Positions 1-13,690 are shown, counted from the stretch's first letter. The stretch is DNA of 50,609 nt from Octopus bimaculoides (GCF_001194135.2 NC_068993.1:22538286-22588894); one strand, 5' to 3'. Notes: generated from the letters alone by a model not told the origin. Made by a program: numbers and translations.

Positions 1-909
1 TATATATATAGGTAGGTACATAGAAAGATAGATAAATAGATAGATGTACAAGTATAATAAACGGAATGGAAAAAGTTCAAATCAGGCAAACTACAATGAA
101 CACATGTATACGGATTTCATTAAGATAAATTTGTCCAACATGATTATGGGCACTATAATTGGCAAATGTAGACTATGCATAAAATATCATACACTATCCC
201 TCACTTGTCGAATTCTCCTGTATTAAATTAGTTTTCCGATGCTATTCATTCATGTAACCACAGATATTACTCAACTTTCATGAGACTTTTTAAATCCGAA
301 TATACTTAACAATAGCCTTACTAAGTTCCGCGCACAACTTAACATCACATTGCCTATAACATGATATTGTCTATAACACGATATTGCTAATATAAATATA
401 AATTTTAATAAAGACACTAAGTAAGGTGATTTTTACTCCCATCATCCCTCAGACAGACTTCCACAATTTGCAAGATATATCTGTTCTTCCATAAAAGCTT
501 CCAGTTACCTTATATCTTGGCAACGAACTGAATGCATTTCTACTGTAAACATTATTTTGTCCCTGAAAATGAATTTTAAGAGTCATTTATTACTCGGAGG
601 ACTGAACCCTTGAAACGGCCGTAGGAATATTTTCTTTTAATATGTAACCTAAAACGTTTTTTGACGCCAATTATTTTCTCTTCACTATATTTTAAATTCT
701 TTATCTAAATAAACGTTTCTATCTATAACCCTATATTCCATTATATTATTACTATTTTGGTATATTCATATATTTATATGTCCATATATATTTTAATATT
801 CATATATCTTTATTTGTATTTTTATATGTATTTTTAATATATCAATATGTTTTTTGGGCAATTTTTATCTTAATTAATCCGTTGAAAGTACCAACTAGAA
901 TTTTCATTA

Positions 910-1375
910 CCTTCGTGCGCTCAGGACAGCGGATCCATTTCAAGAAGAAAAACAACAAACATCCTGTGAGCGATGAAAAGTGGAACGGCTATTGGTAGGC
1001 GACTGCAGATTTACCAGGGTGCCAGGGACTCTTTCCCATCCCAGTTACGAAGAAACCGGACACTTTAATGTGGTGTGAATGAAGGAAATGAATCTAGTCG
1101 AGTTAACGGTTCCTCATGAAGAGAACATGGACGTCGCTCGGGCTCGAAAGATTGACTGTTATGTAAACCTCCTCGAGGAATGTGAAGACACAGGTTGAAA
1201 AGCAGAGCATTTTCCAGTCGAAGTCGGATGTAGAGGGTTTGTTAGACACAGTCTGAGACGACTGTTGTTATCGTTAGGCCTAACTCATCGTAAAGTAAAT
1301 ACCACCATGACCGATACCCAAACTTTAATAGAAAAGGCTAGCCACTGGATTTGGTTAAAAAGCGACAATGAGTGA
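910..1375 (+). mobile_element. 3' fragment of an RLE-bearing non-LTR retrotransposon (Hero/R2/NeSL-like); pseudogenised restriction-like endonuclease domain
   Basis: Manual translation, with one frameshift and two stops: FVRSG...W*ATADL...FPIPVTKKPDTLMWCE / NLVELTVPHEENMDVARARKIDCYVNLLEECEDTG*KAEHFPVEVGCRGFVRHSLRRLL...EKASHWIWLKSDNE*. The PD..ELTVP..E..K..Y..EVGCRGF..S.WIW pattern is typical of Hero-type RLE C-termini. Confidence 0.8.
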
Positions 1376-1423
1376 TGGCTAGAAGAATATTGAGTGTTTT
1401 CGCTGAACCATCCGAGTAATGGG

Positions 1424-1475
1424 GTAGACACTGCTGATGAGTCGAAGTAACTGATGAAACTAGTCCAGTATTTCC
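1424..1475 (+). ncRNA. Minimal type I hammerhead ribozyme, core intact
   Basis: ACTG-CTGATGA(1434-1440)-GTC/GAAGTAACT/GAT-GAAA(1456-1459)-CTAG-TC|CAGT. Stem I is ACTG/CAGT, stem II has 3 bp (G.U, U-A, C-G), the palindromic ACTAGT replaces stem III, and the cleavage triplet is GUC. Confidence 0.7.
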
Positions 1476-1802
1476 AGATTTGCTCATGTAGTGGTTATCT
1501 CCCTTCTTAGTATATATAGATGTGGGTTTATGCAGCTTTCTAAGTATTAACCCTGATTTCTAGCAATATAAGAACTATTTCGCACACTCAGTCACAATTA
1601 GTGACGGTTAAAATTTTCCTGTATGGGTTTATATTGTGTATGAATTCGTTTTGTGTATTTTTTAATGTGCTTTGGCAAGCTCGAGCTACATATATGGTGA
1701 CTGGCCCACCCATACATTTTACAATAGGCGCAGCGCTCAAAATCCGCATTTAATGTTACTGCTATTTTTGCACCTATTATTTATATGTATGTTTGTATAC
1801 AT

Positions 1803-1823
1803 CTCTGTCTCTCTCTCTGTCTG

Positions 1824-1884
<61 letters not shown>

Positions 1885-1890
1885 CTGTGT
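1803..1890. repeat. (CT)n/(CTGT)n microsatellite
   Basis: Seen directly. Confidence 0.95.
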
Positions 1891-3239
1891 GTAATTAATT
1901 ATCTTAAAGTAATTTAGTAATATTTCACAATGTCTCTTTTTCAAAACCCCGCGGTCACTCTATGTCATCAATTTATATCTCTATGCATTTATTCATTCTC
2001 CCATCTGACAATCCACATGTACCTTCCACCATCAAGCTGTCAATCCAAACTTCTATCAGTCGATCAGTTCATTCATTGATTACTCGATGAACTATATATT
2101 TATCGATCTAGCAATCCATCAAAAAAAAAAAAAACACAGATCATCTACATTTAAACAGCTTTCTTAAATACTGAGCCGATATCACTGTTATGGAGGATCT
2201 GAACATGACGTGAACCCAAGTCATACCCCTGACCAAACTAATACATCCTCCCCATGAAAAGAAAAAAAAAAAACAGAAAACAGAACTTTATACATTATTC
2301 TTTATTAGGAAGTATTTTTTCAGTGAGTTGTATTTTTCAAATAGAAATACATTTCTGGTAGATTATGTTTTGCAGTTCGGTATATTAAACTGTCAGCTAA
2401 TAGAACCTTTTAAGTAAAAATAAATAAATGAAATTCAAAATCGATCCAGTTTTATCGTTTAAAACAAAAAAATAAATAAAAACATTAAAAAATTAACAAA
2501 TAGATATAAATAAAATGCACAAGTAAACACGCTGGAGTGTTAGCTAGAAGATATAGATCAATAGCCGAGGTTATTATCTAAGACATAAATCAATAGCTGA
2601 AATCAATACCGGAGGGGGCGTCACAGCAAGCAGTTAGTCTTTAATTATGGTTAATTTTCCTCAAGGGAAATTATGAAATAATCCAGGATTATGATACTTG
2701 ATGTCACTAGTAAATCATTTTACGTTTCAAGTTTAAAAGTTAAGCTGGATAGTGAGTTATTTGACTGCAAATATTTATTGTATTCTGTTGTGATTGATAA
2801 ATTTGGGACAAAAACAGTTGCTTTAAGAAGTTCCACTTTCGGACTGATTAGGTTTCTTTGTACGTGAGAGTATCAGTTCGGTTCTTTATTGTTGAATCTT
2901 CCAACAGAATTTGCTTTTTTCGAACGACATCAGATATATCACATAAACACAGAAATATTAACAATATGCATATTACAGGCATAAATTACAGATGCATGGA
3001 TATATATAATTATTTGAGATATGTTCTATACGTGAATATTCATATCTTTGAGTATTTGTAAATATGATTATTCCAGTAATATTCATAATCTGTTGTCACT
3101 TATGAAATATTCACGTGTATTTCACATATTTGAAAGTTTATCACTGTTTGCAAATATACATATCATAACGAACCGAACCGACACCTCAAAGTACAGGCAG
3201 ACATCCAGACACACACAGACACAGACACGCGCAGGCACA

Positions 3240-3303
<64 letters not shown>

Positions 3304-4210
3304 NNNNNNNNNNNNNNNNNNNNNNNNNNNNNNNNNNNNNNNNNNNNNNNNNNNNNNNNNNNNNNNNNNNNNNNNNNNNNNNNNNNNNNNNNNNNNNNNN
3401 NNNNNNNNNNNNNNNNNNNNNNNNNNNNNNNNNNNNNNNNNNNNNNNNNNNNNNNNNNNNNNNNNNNNNNNNNNNNNNNNNNNNNNNNNNNNNNNNNNNN
3501 NNNNNNNNNNNNNNNNNNNNNNNNNNNNNNNNNNNNNNNNNNNNNNNNNNNNNNNNNNNNNNNNNNNNNNNNNNNNNNNNNNNNNNNNNNNNNNNNNNNN
3601 NNNNNNNNNNNNNNNNNNNNNNNNNNNNNNNNNNNNNNNNNNNNNNNNNNNNNNNNNNNNNNNNNNNNNNNNNNNNNNNNNNNNNNNNNNNNNNNNNNNN
3701 NNNNNNNNNNNNNNNNNNNNNNNNNNNNNNNNNNNNNNNNNNNNNNNNNNNNNNNNNNNNNNNNNNNNNNNNNNNNNNNNNNNNNNNNNNNNNNNNNNNN
3801 NNNNNNNNNNNNNNNNNNNNNNNNNNNNNNNNNNNNNNNNNNNNNNNNNNNNNNNNNNNNNNNNNNNNNNNNNNNNNNNNNNNNNNNNNNNNNNNNNNNN
3901 NNNNNNNNNNNNNNNNNNNNNNNNNNNNNNNNNNNNNNNNNNNNNNNNNNNNNNNNNNNNNNNNNNNNNNNNNNNNNNNNNNNNNNNNNNNNNNNNNNNN
4001 NNNNNNNNNNNNNNNNNNNNNNNNNNNNNNNNNNNNNNNNNNNNNNNNNNNNNNNNNNNNNNNNNNNNNNNNNNNNNNNNNNNNNNNNNNNNNNNNNNNN
4101 NNNNNNNNNNNNNNNNNNNNNNNNNNNNNNNNNNNNNNNNNNNNNNNNNNNNNNNNNNNNNNNNNNNNNNNNNNNNNNNNNNNNNNNNNNNNNNNNNNNN
4201 NNNNNNNNNN
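3304..4210. other. Assembly gap (largest of many N runs, most flanked by microsatellites)
   Basis: N run preceded by (CA)n and followed by (TA)n. Confidence 0.99.
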
Positions 4211-4746
4211 TATATATAGGATGCCGTGGAAAGTAGTTTGAAAAAGACTTGTACTCTTACAAGAAGTTCTAATAAGCAGATATTTTCATATACATTTCCA
4301 GACTAACTCTGAAATAATATGGAAATAATTCATTTGCCCAAATATTCTTTTTTAATATTTCTTTAATAGCTTCCTCTTCAATGTTAAATTACACAACATA
4401 ATTTTCTTTCTTTCACACTCTTGTTTCAGGTTTATATTATTATTTTCATTATCGTTATCATTAATATCACAATTATTTTTCAATAAATAGATAAAAATGA
4501 AGAAAGAATTATTATGACTACTAATACTAATATTACGAGCCATGTATAACGCCTTCTATTTTAATTTTCCTTGATATATAGTCTACATATATTCACGTGC
4601 ATTCGCATGCATTCTTAAAACATCCTATACACACACGTGCGCTCACACGCACGTACACGCACGCACATCTACACACCCATGCAGAGACATATTTTCTCAT
4701 TTTCCTTATGCCGTTCATTTTCTAAAATCTTTTGATTATGTTTTTT

Positions 4747-4752
4747 TTTATT
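4747..4752 (-). promoter_or_regulatory. Candidate polyadenylation signal AATAAA for the iGluR transcript
   Basis: Lies about 100 nt 3' of the candidate terminal stop at 4854. AATAAA is common by chance in this AT-rich DNA. Confidence 0.25.
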
Positions 4753-4853
4753 AATTTTTTTATGTTAAACATTTTTAGTTTTCTCATTGAAAGACATTTT
4801 GAATTCCTTTGCCTGGCCAATTAAGCCAACAGAAGCGCATAATGTGCCTACGT

Positions 4854-4938
4854 CTAATTTGACGCCGCAGAGAATGGCGGTAGTTCTATTTTCAAAACTT
4901 TAGATATAATTGGACTTATTTCTGCGAGTTCTGTTTTC
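4854..4938 (-). CDS. Candidate last coding exon of the iGluR (KTELAEISPIISKVLKIELPPFSAASN* if phase 2; ENRTRRNKSNYI* if phase 0)
   Basis: Very strong acceptor cttttttactttcttttgcag|G. Phase-compatible with the 5331-5404 exon spliced at AC|GTAATA. No homology support. Confidence 0.35.
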
Positions 4939-5071
4939 CTGCAAAAGAAAGTAAAAAAGTTATGACGGACAAGAACAAAATGATGTTTTCAGATCTAAAA
5001 TAGAACACAATTTAGAATGATAAATGATAACACAATCTACCCCACTCTCTCTACCTCACTGTCGCGCTCTC

Positions 5072-5102
<31 letters not shown>

Positions 5103-5330
5103 GTCTTTCTCTTTCACACGTACCCATATATAAAATTGAAATAAAATTCATTCTGTATTACTATCAAAACGACTAAATGAGTAAAAGAAAGACAAACAAC
5201 ACAGTTTAAACAACTTGTCTTTCTAACTTCTGAAATGACTTGATACATAGTTTAGAAGCGGGTATTTCAGTTAAAAGGTTTATAAAAGTAACAAAAATAA
5301 CAACAATTAACAAAGAAATTAGGGTATTAC

Positions 5331-5404
5331 GTCAAAACTTCTTTGTATTGCATCTTGTCTAAATTCTGTTGCTCCGCTACTTCGATCATCCTTGTGGTGA
5401 TCAC
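5331..5404 (-). CDS. Candidate C-terminal exon of the iGluR (VITTRMIEVAEQQNLDKMQYKEVLT)
   Basis: Acceptor cttcatttcgcag|G. Open in phase 0 after the M4 exon. Ends either at donor GTAATA or at TAA (5327-5329). Confidence 0.4.
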
Positions 5405-6000
5405 CTGCGAAATGAAGATTCCTAAACCCGTTTCGCACGTGAAAATGTAATCGAATTTAAACAATATCTTTTTCCCGATACAAAGGCGGGAAAACTCGTT
5501 TGAATCTACTTATCACTAGGCTGATAGTGGTCGTTTATCTATATCTCTCCCCCTCTCAATGTCCTAAGTTGCTGTGGCGTAATAACAACTATCTTTTATT
5601 TTCTCGTTTTCTTTTCGTTTCCATTTCCAACTTTTCAGAGGATATTTGTAATTAAAATATAATCTGGTAGCTTTATGAGAACGATCAAAATAATTTAAGG
5701 AATAAAAGAAAGCCCAGTAATGTCATTTAAACAATTTAGCACATCTATCTACATCGAAAAGTTGATACAAAGATTAAAAGGTGATAATTCGGCGTAAAAT
5801 ATCTTTTTTAATGATTGGGAGACAATAGTAATAAACCGAGTAATATATTTGTTTTGTTTCTCTCACCCTCTTTTAAGTTTAATAGCACTAAATTTGTTTC
5901 TTCTTTTCTCCCCCCCCCCGTTGACTGCAAAAAAGAAGCATAAACTATCTCCATCTAACACATCATACCAAGATTCCATATCTTGCCAGCAGCCTTGTCA

Positions 6001-6073
6001 TAATTTATTCCTCTTAATTTATTCCTCTTAATTTATTCCTCTTAATTTATTCCTCTTAATTTATTCCTCTTAA
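6001..6073. repeat. Minisatellite, 5 perfect copies of the 14-mer TAATTTATTCCTCT
   Basis: Seen directly. Confidence 0.95.
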
Positions 6074-7248
6074 ATGGTTGTTTGCATAAATTCTCAGTTT
6101 AACATCGTATGTCTCTGTGTGGTAGTCGTAATTAACACTGCTGCTTACTGGCTTATATTTGGAGACCGCAATTGGGAACTATTTTGCTTTGTATTGAAAA
6201 CTTCCCCTTATATTTTTGCGGATATCATGCAAAGTATGCACGCCCTGCGAAATTTCAGCAAATGTCATAAAAATAGTCATCAGTGACGGCAAAAGAAGAT
6301 ATCTTGGATTTTTTGTTTCTCCATCCTAGTGGCTGCTGGAAGATTTTGAATTTTTTGGTTAAATTCGATGTGTAATTTCCGTTCCACCTGTGTATGTTCC
6401 AGACTATGCTGAATGTTCCATTCTGCTGTTCGTTAATTTCCAAACCATATTAAACAGGGAAGTAGAAATTTTTCCTGACACTTGACCTCAATGAGTGTAT
6501 GTATTGGTTATTTCCTTTCTTAAAATATATGCAGTCAGGCCCCAGAAGGCTTTGGGAACGAATTTTCTTTACATAGAGTTGTGGTTTTAATAGTTCTGGC
6601 ATACTCATTTTCCCAAATTTCATATAACCTCAAAGATGTTCTTTTGTATGAAATCAGTGACAAACTTTCAAACAATATATTTTAAGTAATTATTAACTAT
6701 AAATTAATTAAAGAAATAAGACTACTGAAACAGGTGTTCGTATATATTAATTAAAGTTGCAGATTACGTTACTATGCGCTTTATAGTAATCATACGGTGT
6801 GATTTTGGTTCGTTTGATCCACGGATTTCGTTATTTCTCGTCGTTTTCTGTCTCTGTGCAGGTTGCGCACCACAGTTACATGCATAGGCCCAGAGAGGCA
6901 ATTACAGTTGTATGTGCATATGTGTACTTTAAGATTGTAATGCTTTATTTGAGGCAGATTTGGTTCCTAATTCTTGTGGCTCAGATACCTATAGCGGTTG
7001 AAAATATAATTGTCACACTTGAAAATGTGTGCTTCTTAATATGTCTGTGCGTCTATGAGCCTCATTTCGTAGTTTTCTTTTATCAATCAAGGCCAAGGTC
7101 ATGATAGCGAACACTCGCCTCAACACATATTTCGTCTTGAATAACAATTATTTTAACTTCAGAACTTGTCATGCATTTTATAACATTTTATTTCCTTCCT
7201 TATCTTCAGTATGTTCTACTTCATAATCATTAGCTTCGATACTATTAT

Positions 7249-7249
7249 T

Positions 7250-7319
<70 letters not shown>

Positions 7320-7352
7320 GCAAGAACAACGACGACAACAACAACAACAACA
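7249..7352. repeat. (AAC)n microsatellite
   Basis: Seen directly; explains the poly-N and poly-V ORFs. Confidence 0.95.
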
Positions 7353-8194
7353 GAACAAAACACAAATATAAATTTTTAACAACAAACGTTCTCATGACAC
7401 AAAGAAAAAGTTAGTAAAAGCAACAGCCACACTTTAAATATAGAAAATAAAATTAGGAAGACAAAAAGAAACAACACAGGTAAATGTAAAAAAAAATATA
7501 GAATAAAAGAAATTAAAAATATTATTTCAGGTAATTTTCCCCTTTGTTATACTCTGGAGGCAACAATTAAGGAAATAATGATGTAAATTGATAATGAAAT
7601 GTTAAATCAGTAGCAGGAGAACGCAACACCCAGAGGGTAAGGAAGTACACATACACACATAGACAGATGTACTGTACGTTACATGGATAAACATTACATA
7701 CACAAAAACACGCACGCATACTTCCGCAAACAAAATTCACACACATACACAAATCCAAACCTGCGTATACATATACAGAATTGTACACAAGTATATGTTG
7801 ATGCACACACACGTCTACATGCATTCGAACATATACAGATATATTGGTACATAACGAAGCAGACAGATAATTTATTTTAATTCTTGTCAGTTGATGTGGC
7901 AAGATTCTGTCTATCACAACATGGGCCTGCAGGAATCAGAAATAAAAGACAATATCTGAATAATTTCTACCAAGAATAGCTGACTGATGATCACATTCAT
8001 AATTAATATAATTTTTCATGCTATTCTGCATGTTAGACCGTCCTTGGACGGGTCTAATAACACATCCGTTTTCTTTGAAAAAGGGTTTGTAGGACATCAC
8101 TCAAACCGTCTCTATTTCTATCTAGAAGAAAAGACACTGTACATAGTCTCCCTTGACCTTTCTCAAAACCCAATGTAGCTACATTAATAAGAGC

Positions 8195-8324
<130 letters not shown>

Positions 8325-8334
8325 TCCCTGGGAC

Positions 8335-8440
8335 TTTTATTTATCGACCCTGAAAGGATAAAAGCTAAAATGGACATCGGTAGGAGTTTAACGCAGTATG
8401 CAGAAAATTTTACACGACGTTCTAACGAGCCTACTAACAA
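8335..8440 (-). mobile_element. Degenerate tRNA-derived SINE fragment
   Basis: tttatcgaccctgaaaggataaaag matches the central motif of the copies at 30398 and 38176. Confidence 0.55.
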
Positions 8441-9061
8441 ATAAGCTACAATCATTTTGAAACACTTTATTCTCAGCGATCTTGCCAACAGTCTACCTAA
8501 CTTTATGTAGGTAGCACAATACAGTAAAATACCTGTTGTTGTTGATTAGCCCCCTATTCATTCCTTGTTCAATACGCCGAAGCTGAAATGTAATGTATCA
8601 GCTGTAGCTATTCTGATCTCTTTTCGGCCTAGTGTAACAAGCACTGTATAATTCAGTGAATATTTCCTTCTTTTGAAGAGTTTATTTTAACTGTTAGTTC
8701 TGGTAAGTCGAACAACTACGTAAATGGTCTTCTAGATGGGTTGGTGATAATTAAATGTTTAGCTGCAAGCGTAGGTTATTAATATATATGTTATATGGTA
8801 TATGTTGATTGCAGCTGAACTCTAGGGTTCATTGAATGTCAGTCGTAACTTTGCAAGTCTTTACTGCAAGGCATAATTTCCTAAAATTCGAAACAAAGAT
8901 TGCGGTCTACGATTTGTTCACTTCATTGAAGAAATTGTATGAATATATAGAGGTTTACTTAATAACTGCTTGTCTCATTACTTTCCTAGCTGTGTTAACT
9001 CAAGGCAACTCTTATAGAAGTGATCCACATATAGTGATTTATTATTATTATTATGCGCCCT

Positions 9062-9190
9062 TTTAAAGCCTAGCCAGGCTCATGGGCCCGGTTTCTCAGT
9101 TTCTATGGTGTATGTGTTCCCCCAGCTGGACGAGACGCCAGTCCATTGCAGCGTTACTCAAGAAACAGAAAGAGTACAACAGGAGTCGCC
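9062..9190. mobile_element. Interspersed repeat fragment (SINE-like)
   Basis: GC-richer block agcctagccaggctcatgggcccgg...gacgccagtccattgcagcg; its gagtcgccagtcc-like segment recurs at about 19450. Confidence 0.35.
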
Positions 9191-10605
9191 CCCACCCCAT
9201 GCAGGAGCAGTTCTAATTACACTGCTTTAATTATGATGTCTCTCCGTTTAATATACCTTCATACTCTTGTGGTGTTTGTTTTAGCGCTCTACATCTAAAT
9301 TTTAATTCCTGTCGAGGTTAGATTTACCTGTCATAAATTCTCATCGATACAGTACCTGTCTTGTATAGGGGATTATAGGAATTAGAATATTTTCTTCCGG
9401 ATCATTGCGTTCTGAGTTCTTGAGTGGTATAATTATTTTGTCACGTGTTTCAACACATTCTTTGGTCCTGGGATGATTTCAGCAATCACTTTGTTTCAAA
9501 ATTTCTGGTCAGATTAGAGTATAAGGTTTTTCTTCTTCAGCGTAGAACGGAAGAAATAAAATGATTTCTTTTCTTCATGACTAAATGGTATAAAAATATT
9601 CTGATATGCAATGACTCATTGTGTATAAGATGTAATAGCACAATTCTTATACGTTGCTCTATGGTAAATGTGCAGTGAGATAGTGTATGTCTGTCGGTTC
9701 CATTACTAACTATTTGTAAAGTAAGAAGTGTTTGTTGTAATGGTGACGATTTTGATACTTTGGTGTTAGCATTGTTATTTTTCCGCGATGCTGTTTTCGT
9801 TTAAGTGGTTATCCTTTCAGTCTTTTTCTTTTTTCTTCATTGTTCTTTGTATTTTTGTCATTGTTGTAGTTGTGTAGTCGCAGGTTAACTGAAATTGTTC
9901 ACACATGCTCATAAGCGTTAACGCCATGATATTTTACGAATACGAAAGACACATTATGCAATATGTCCTGTCTATTATCAAAGAGTGATTTTTGAAGGGG
10001 ATTTGGCTGCTGTTTCTAGCAACTATTTCTTGAGTGATCGTGTAAAGACTTCAAGTGGTGATGGTAGTGATGGTAATATTCAAAAAAGTCTTTATTGTTT
10101 TTATCAAGAAAGCAATACCGATCTGAAAACTGAAGCTGTATTTCGTTGTGAAACGATAATAAAATAATCTATGTTTCTCATCTATAAAATTAATAATACA
10201 ATTTACATCATGTCCTTTCATTATAAACTGATGCCATATCTAAGGCTAATAAATGCTATTATTTCGGTTGCTAGTATAAAATGCTCTGTTAAAAATGTCA
10301 AATTCAAATGTAGAATAGTAACACTTAAGTGTGTGTTGAGTATAATAGGAACTGGGGACAACATCAGAAACATAAATATAGACAAATAACACGGTTTGAT
10401 AACTATCAGAGCGTTTGTAATAAACTCCAGTAAAATTGATGCAGCAATCCAGGTGCCGTCTCCCGCCGTAGAAACATCAATAACCTCCAGAGAAATTATT
10501 ACTCCACGTTTAATATTCCTCTACCTTAATAGTCATTGACTGGCATTATAATTGATGGCTGAGAAGAATAAAGCATAAGGAGAAAGGAAAAGGAGAGAGA
10601 AAAAA

Positions 10606-10670
<65 letters not shown>

Positions 10671-10806
10671 AAAGGGGGAAAAGTGAAAGGAAAAACGTTT
10701 AGGGAAGAGAGAAAGAGAGAGTGAAAGAGAGAGAGGATAAAGAAAGAAATACATATAAAGAGAAATGAATGGAATCAATATGGTGAAGTAGTGAAAGCAA
10801 CGTTAC

Positions 10807-10981
10807 CTTTCCAAGGTGCATCACCTGACCGCTACAGTACTCAATAAGACATACAACACCAGCTACTAGAATACCAGTAACTAAAAGAAAGAACACACCA
10901 GCAACGTTCTCGAATTGTAACTCGGATGTCTCCACAGCCGAAGCTTTGTTCATATCTGGACACATTCGATTATTCCACCAT
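10807..10981 (-). CDS. iGluR exon: end of S2 and M4 (R|WWNNRMCPD...LQFENVAGVFFLLVTGILVAGVVCLIEYCSGQVMHLGK)
   Basis: Acceptor ttttattatacacag|A and donor AAG|GTAACG; 175 nt, phase 2 to 0. The WW..C and ..ENVAGVF M4 motifs are typical of iGluRs. Confidence 0.92.
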
Positions 10982-11687
10982 CTGTGTATAATAAAACAAA
11001 AGCCACATATAATATGGTTAAATAGAAAGCGACAGTAATAAGCAGTAAGTTACAAGTTTCTTGATGTTATTAATGAAATATCGACAACAGCAACGATTTC
11101 AAAGTACATTTAATGCAAAGGAAGTGAATAATCTATAAGGTATAGATTATAAAAGAATATTATTGGTAATTATTCTATTATCGACCTATACTTCAGTTTG
11201 TGGAATAGTTCCTATCACAAACAATTAAGGACGGCTGAAAATCACTGATAGAAATGGCCAGTGATATTTGGAAATGAGGGACCAGTTTCGCAAATTTGAT
11301 TCAGACAGAATCTTACCACGTATTGTATGTTGACTGTGGGTCACACACAAGGATAATCGAATAGACCTAAGATAAAAAGCATTCCATTCTCTTTATTATG
11401 TAGGTGTGCATTATCCACTGAAACCTTTTTAAAAGACGGTAGTAATTTATTTGTATGAATATGTCTGGTGGTTGTAGCAGGCTGAATGGCATACTTCAGG
11501 CAAAATATCCTACTTACTTTCATTTGATCTGGAATATCCATTCTTAGACTGACGTCCAATAATTGTTTCTGGCAACTTTGGTTTTGAATTAAGACTTTTG
11601 TTCTGATTACAGATTGTTTGTGGTAATTTGTGGGAAACGGCCTATTCCTTTTTAAATTATATATATATATATACATACATACATACT

Positions 11688-13340
11688 GTTTCAGCTGGTC
11701 TCATCAGGGAAGAGATTAATGTCGTGTTGACCGCCAGAAAATCTATCATAAAATTTGACAATCTGTGGGTCCGTAAAGACACACCCGATGGTTTTGATGT
11801 TACAATGGGAAATTCTGATTCAGCACAACTAGCTGATTTGGTCAGTATATATATATATATATATATNNNNNNNNNNNNNNNNNNNNNNNNNNNNNNNNNN
11901 NNNNNNNNNNNNNNNNNNNNNNNNNNNNNNNNNNNNNNNNNNNNNNNNNNNNNNNNNNNNNNNNNNNNNNNNNNNNNNNNNNNNNNNNNNNNNNNNNNNN
12001 NNNNNNNNNNNNNNNNNNNNNNNNNNNNNNNNNNNNNNNNNNNATATATATATATATATATAGATATATACTTTATGAAATGGCAGACCAGTTCCCAAGC
12101 ATCAATAGAGGTCTATATCGTGATGCTTGTTTACTTTACCTTCAAAATGTTTCTGACCAAAAAGTACAAAAAGTTACGAATAGTTAAGTTTTTCCGTAGA
12201 ATGGCCTTAGGCATCATTTTTGATGATGATGTAACGAAAGCCAACGTTTTAGATATTACACTCAACTTACACAATAATTCGTACTTCTCATACCACAAAC
12301 CATCGACAAATCTTAAGTATATTATCAATTCACTAATCATTCTAGGGCAATCATTAAGAAGTTAGTTAAGAATATTTCATTTAGATTGTCTAATTATCTG
12401 CTAATGTTGACATTTTCAACAAGGCTGAATTTTATAACTCTGCCTTACTTAAAGCAGGCTATTATAGAAAAAGTTACCTGCATTAATTCCATTGAATCGT
12501 ATTCTACTTTTAGTAATGGAGACATGAAATCTAGTTGTAAGGTTATAAACGATATCAATTTAAATTTATACGCCAACACAAGAGGAAGGTTTTTTTTACA
12601 ACGTAAGGGACATAACCGTTTATATAAACCCATTTTTTTCATTCTAAAGGTCATTCTAAAGATAGTTACACTAAAAACAAGGCAACTAATAGCAAAACTA
12701 TTTGGTTGATTATTCTTTATGGGAGGAAAATTAAATCTAATCTTCCTTTCCAGTTACGGGAAGCTGTTATTAGGAATTTTCCAAAGAATTCTAGGTATTA
12801 CTCTATTATCAACTCGCACGCGGTTAGGATTGGTTTTTCCAACACAAAAAATCTCTCACAAATTATCTCCTTGCCTAATATTAGTCTGTTAAATAAGAAT
12901 CCAACTACTAATACTAACGCTAATTTAGCTAATACCAACCATTTCCCTAGAAATATTAATAACAAGGTTATTGTCTCTGAAGTCAATTCCAACAGAATTA
13001 AGTTAATGTCTAGTAATTCTAAGATTAAAAACTCTATATACCAGTGTAAAATTACTTCAGGTACCGATGTCTTTTTTATATAGGTAGTTCTTCTTCTCAG
13101 TTATTTAAAATAATTTCTAATCATTACTCTACATTTAGGGATAGTAATAAAGGCAATAGTACAGGGCTTAGTAAATTAATTTGGTATCTAAAAGACCATA
13201 ATAAACAATTTAATTTAGATTGGTTGATTCTCGCCATTTCATTTCGATATGATAAAGGCAAAGAATTCTGCCAACTCTGTAATATTGAACTATTTTCTAT
13301 TCTTTTCTCTAAGAATTCCCATTGTAAACACGGTTATAGA
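11688..13340 (+). mobile_element. Decayed Penelope-like element: RT plus GIY-YIG endonuclease (interrupted by a gap)
   Basis: RT-like pieces ARKSIIKFDNLWVRK..FDVTMGNSDSAQLADLV, VLDITLNLHNNSYFSYHKP and VIRNFPKNSRYYSIINSHAVRIGFS. Endonuclease NSIYQCKI...FYIGSSS..FK...NHYSTF....STGLSKLIWYLK.....DWLIL......FCQLCNIE across a frameshift. Confidence 0.85.
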
Positions 13341-13690
13341 GCGTGCTTATCGATGTAAGCATTGGAAGTAACATACCTTTAGTTCATATAAGTGATATCT
13401 ACCATTATATATAATTTGAACATTGATTTTCGTCTTACATTTCACTTCCACGAGATATATCTTTTTCCAAGCCATTAAGATTTTATTTAATTTACATATC
13501 GCTCTATATTTCTTATTTATTAGTTTTTTGCTTATTCCTTTCTTTTACCCCTCCTCTTTCTATAGGCTACCTTTGACGTTATATCCTCTAACAGTTTAAA
13601 AAAAAACAACTTAATTGCGTTCCGTTCATCATTATACACATCCATCACATTCTGTTAAAATGCCTTATTGATGAGTTTGGTTTCTTTTTC

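Noticed and set aside
3048-4241. Long ORFs in the track (397 aa here, also at 13880, 31911 and 49894)
   Set aside because: They run through N gaps and dinucleotide repeats and are not real coding sequence.
6001-6073. Regularly repeated 14-mer as a CRISPR-like array
   Set aside because: Head-to-tail copies with no spacers in a eukaryotic intron; an ordinary minisatellite.
10215-10515. Stop-free minus-strand frame of about 100 codons after the M4 exon
   Set aside because: No compatible acceptor or start codon, and no recognisable motif.
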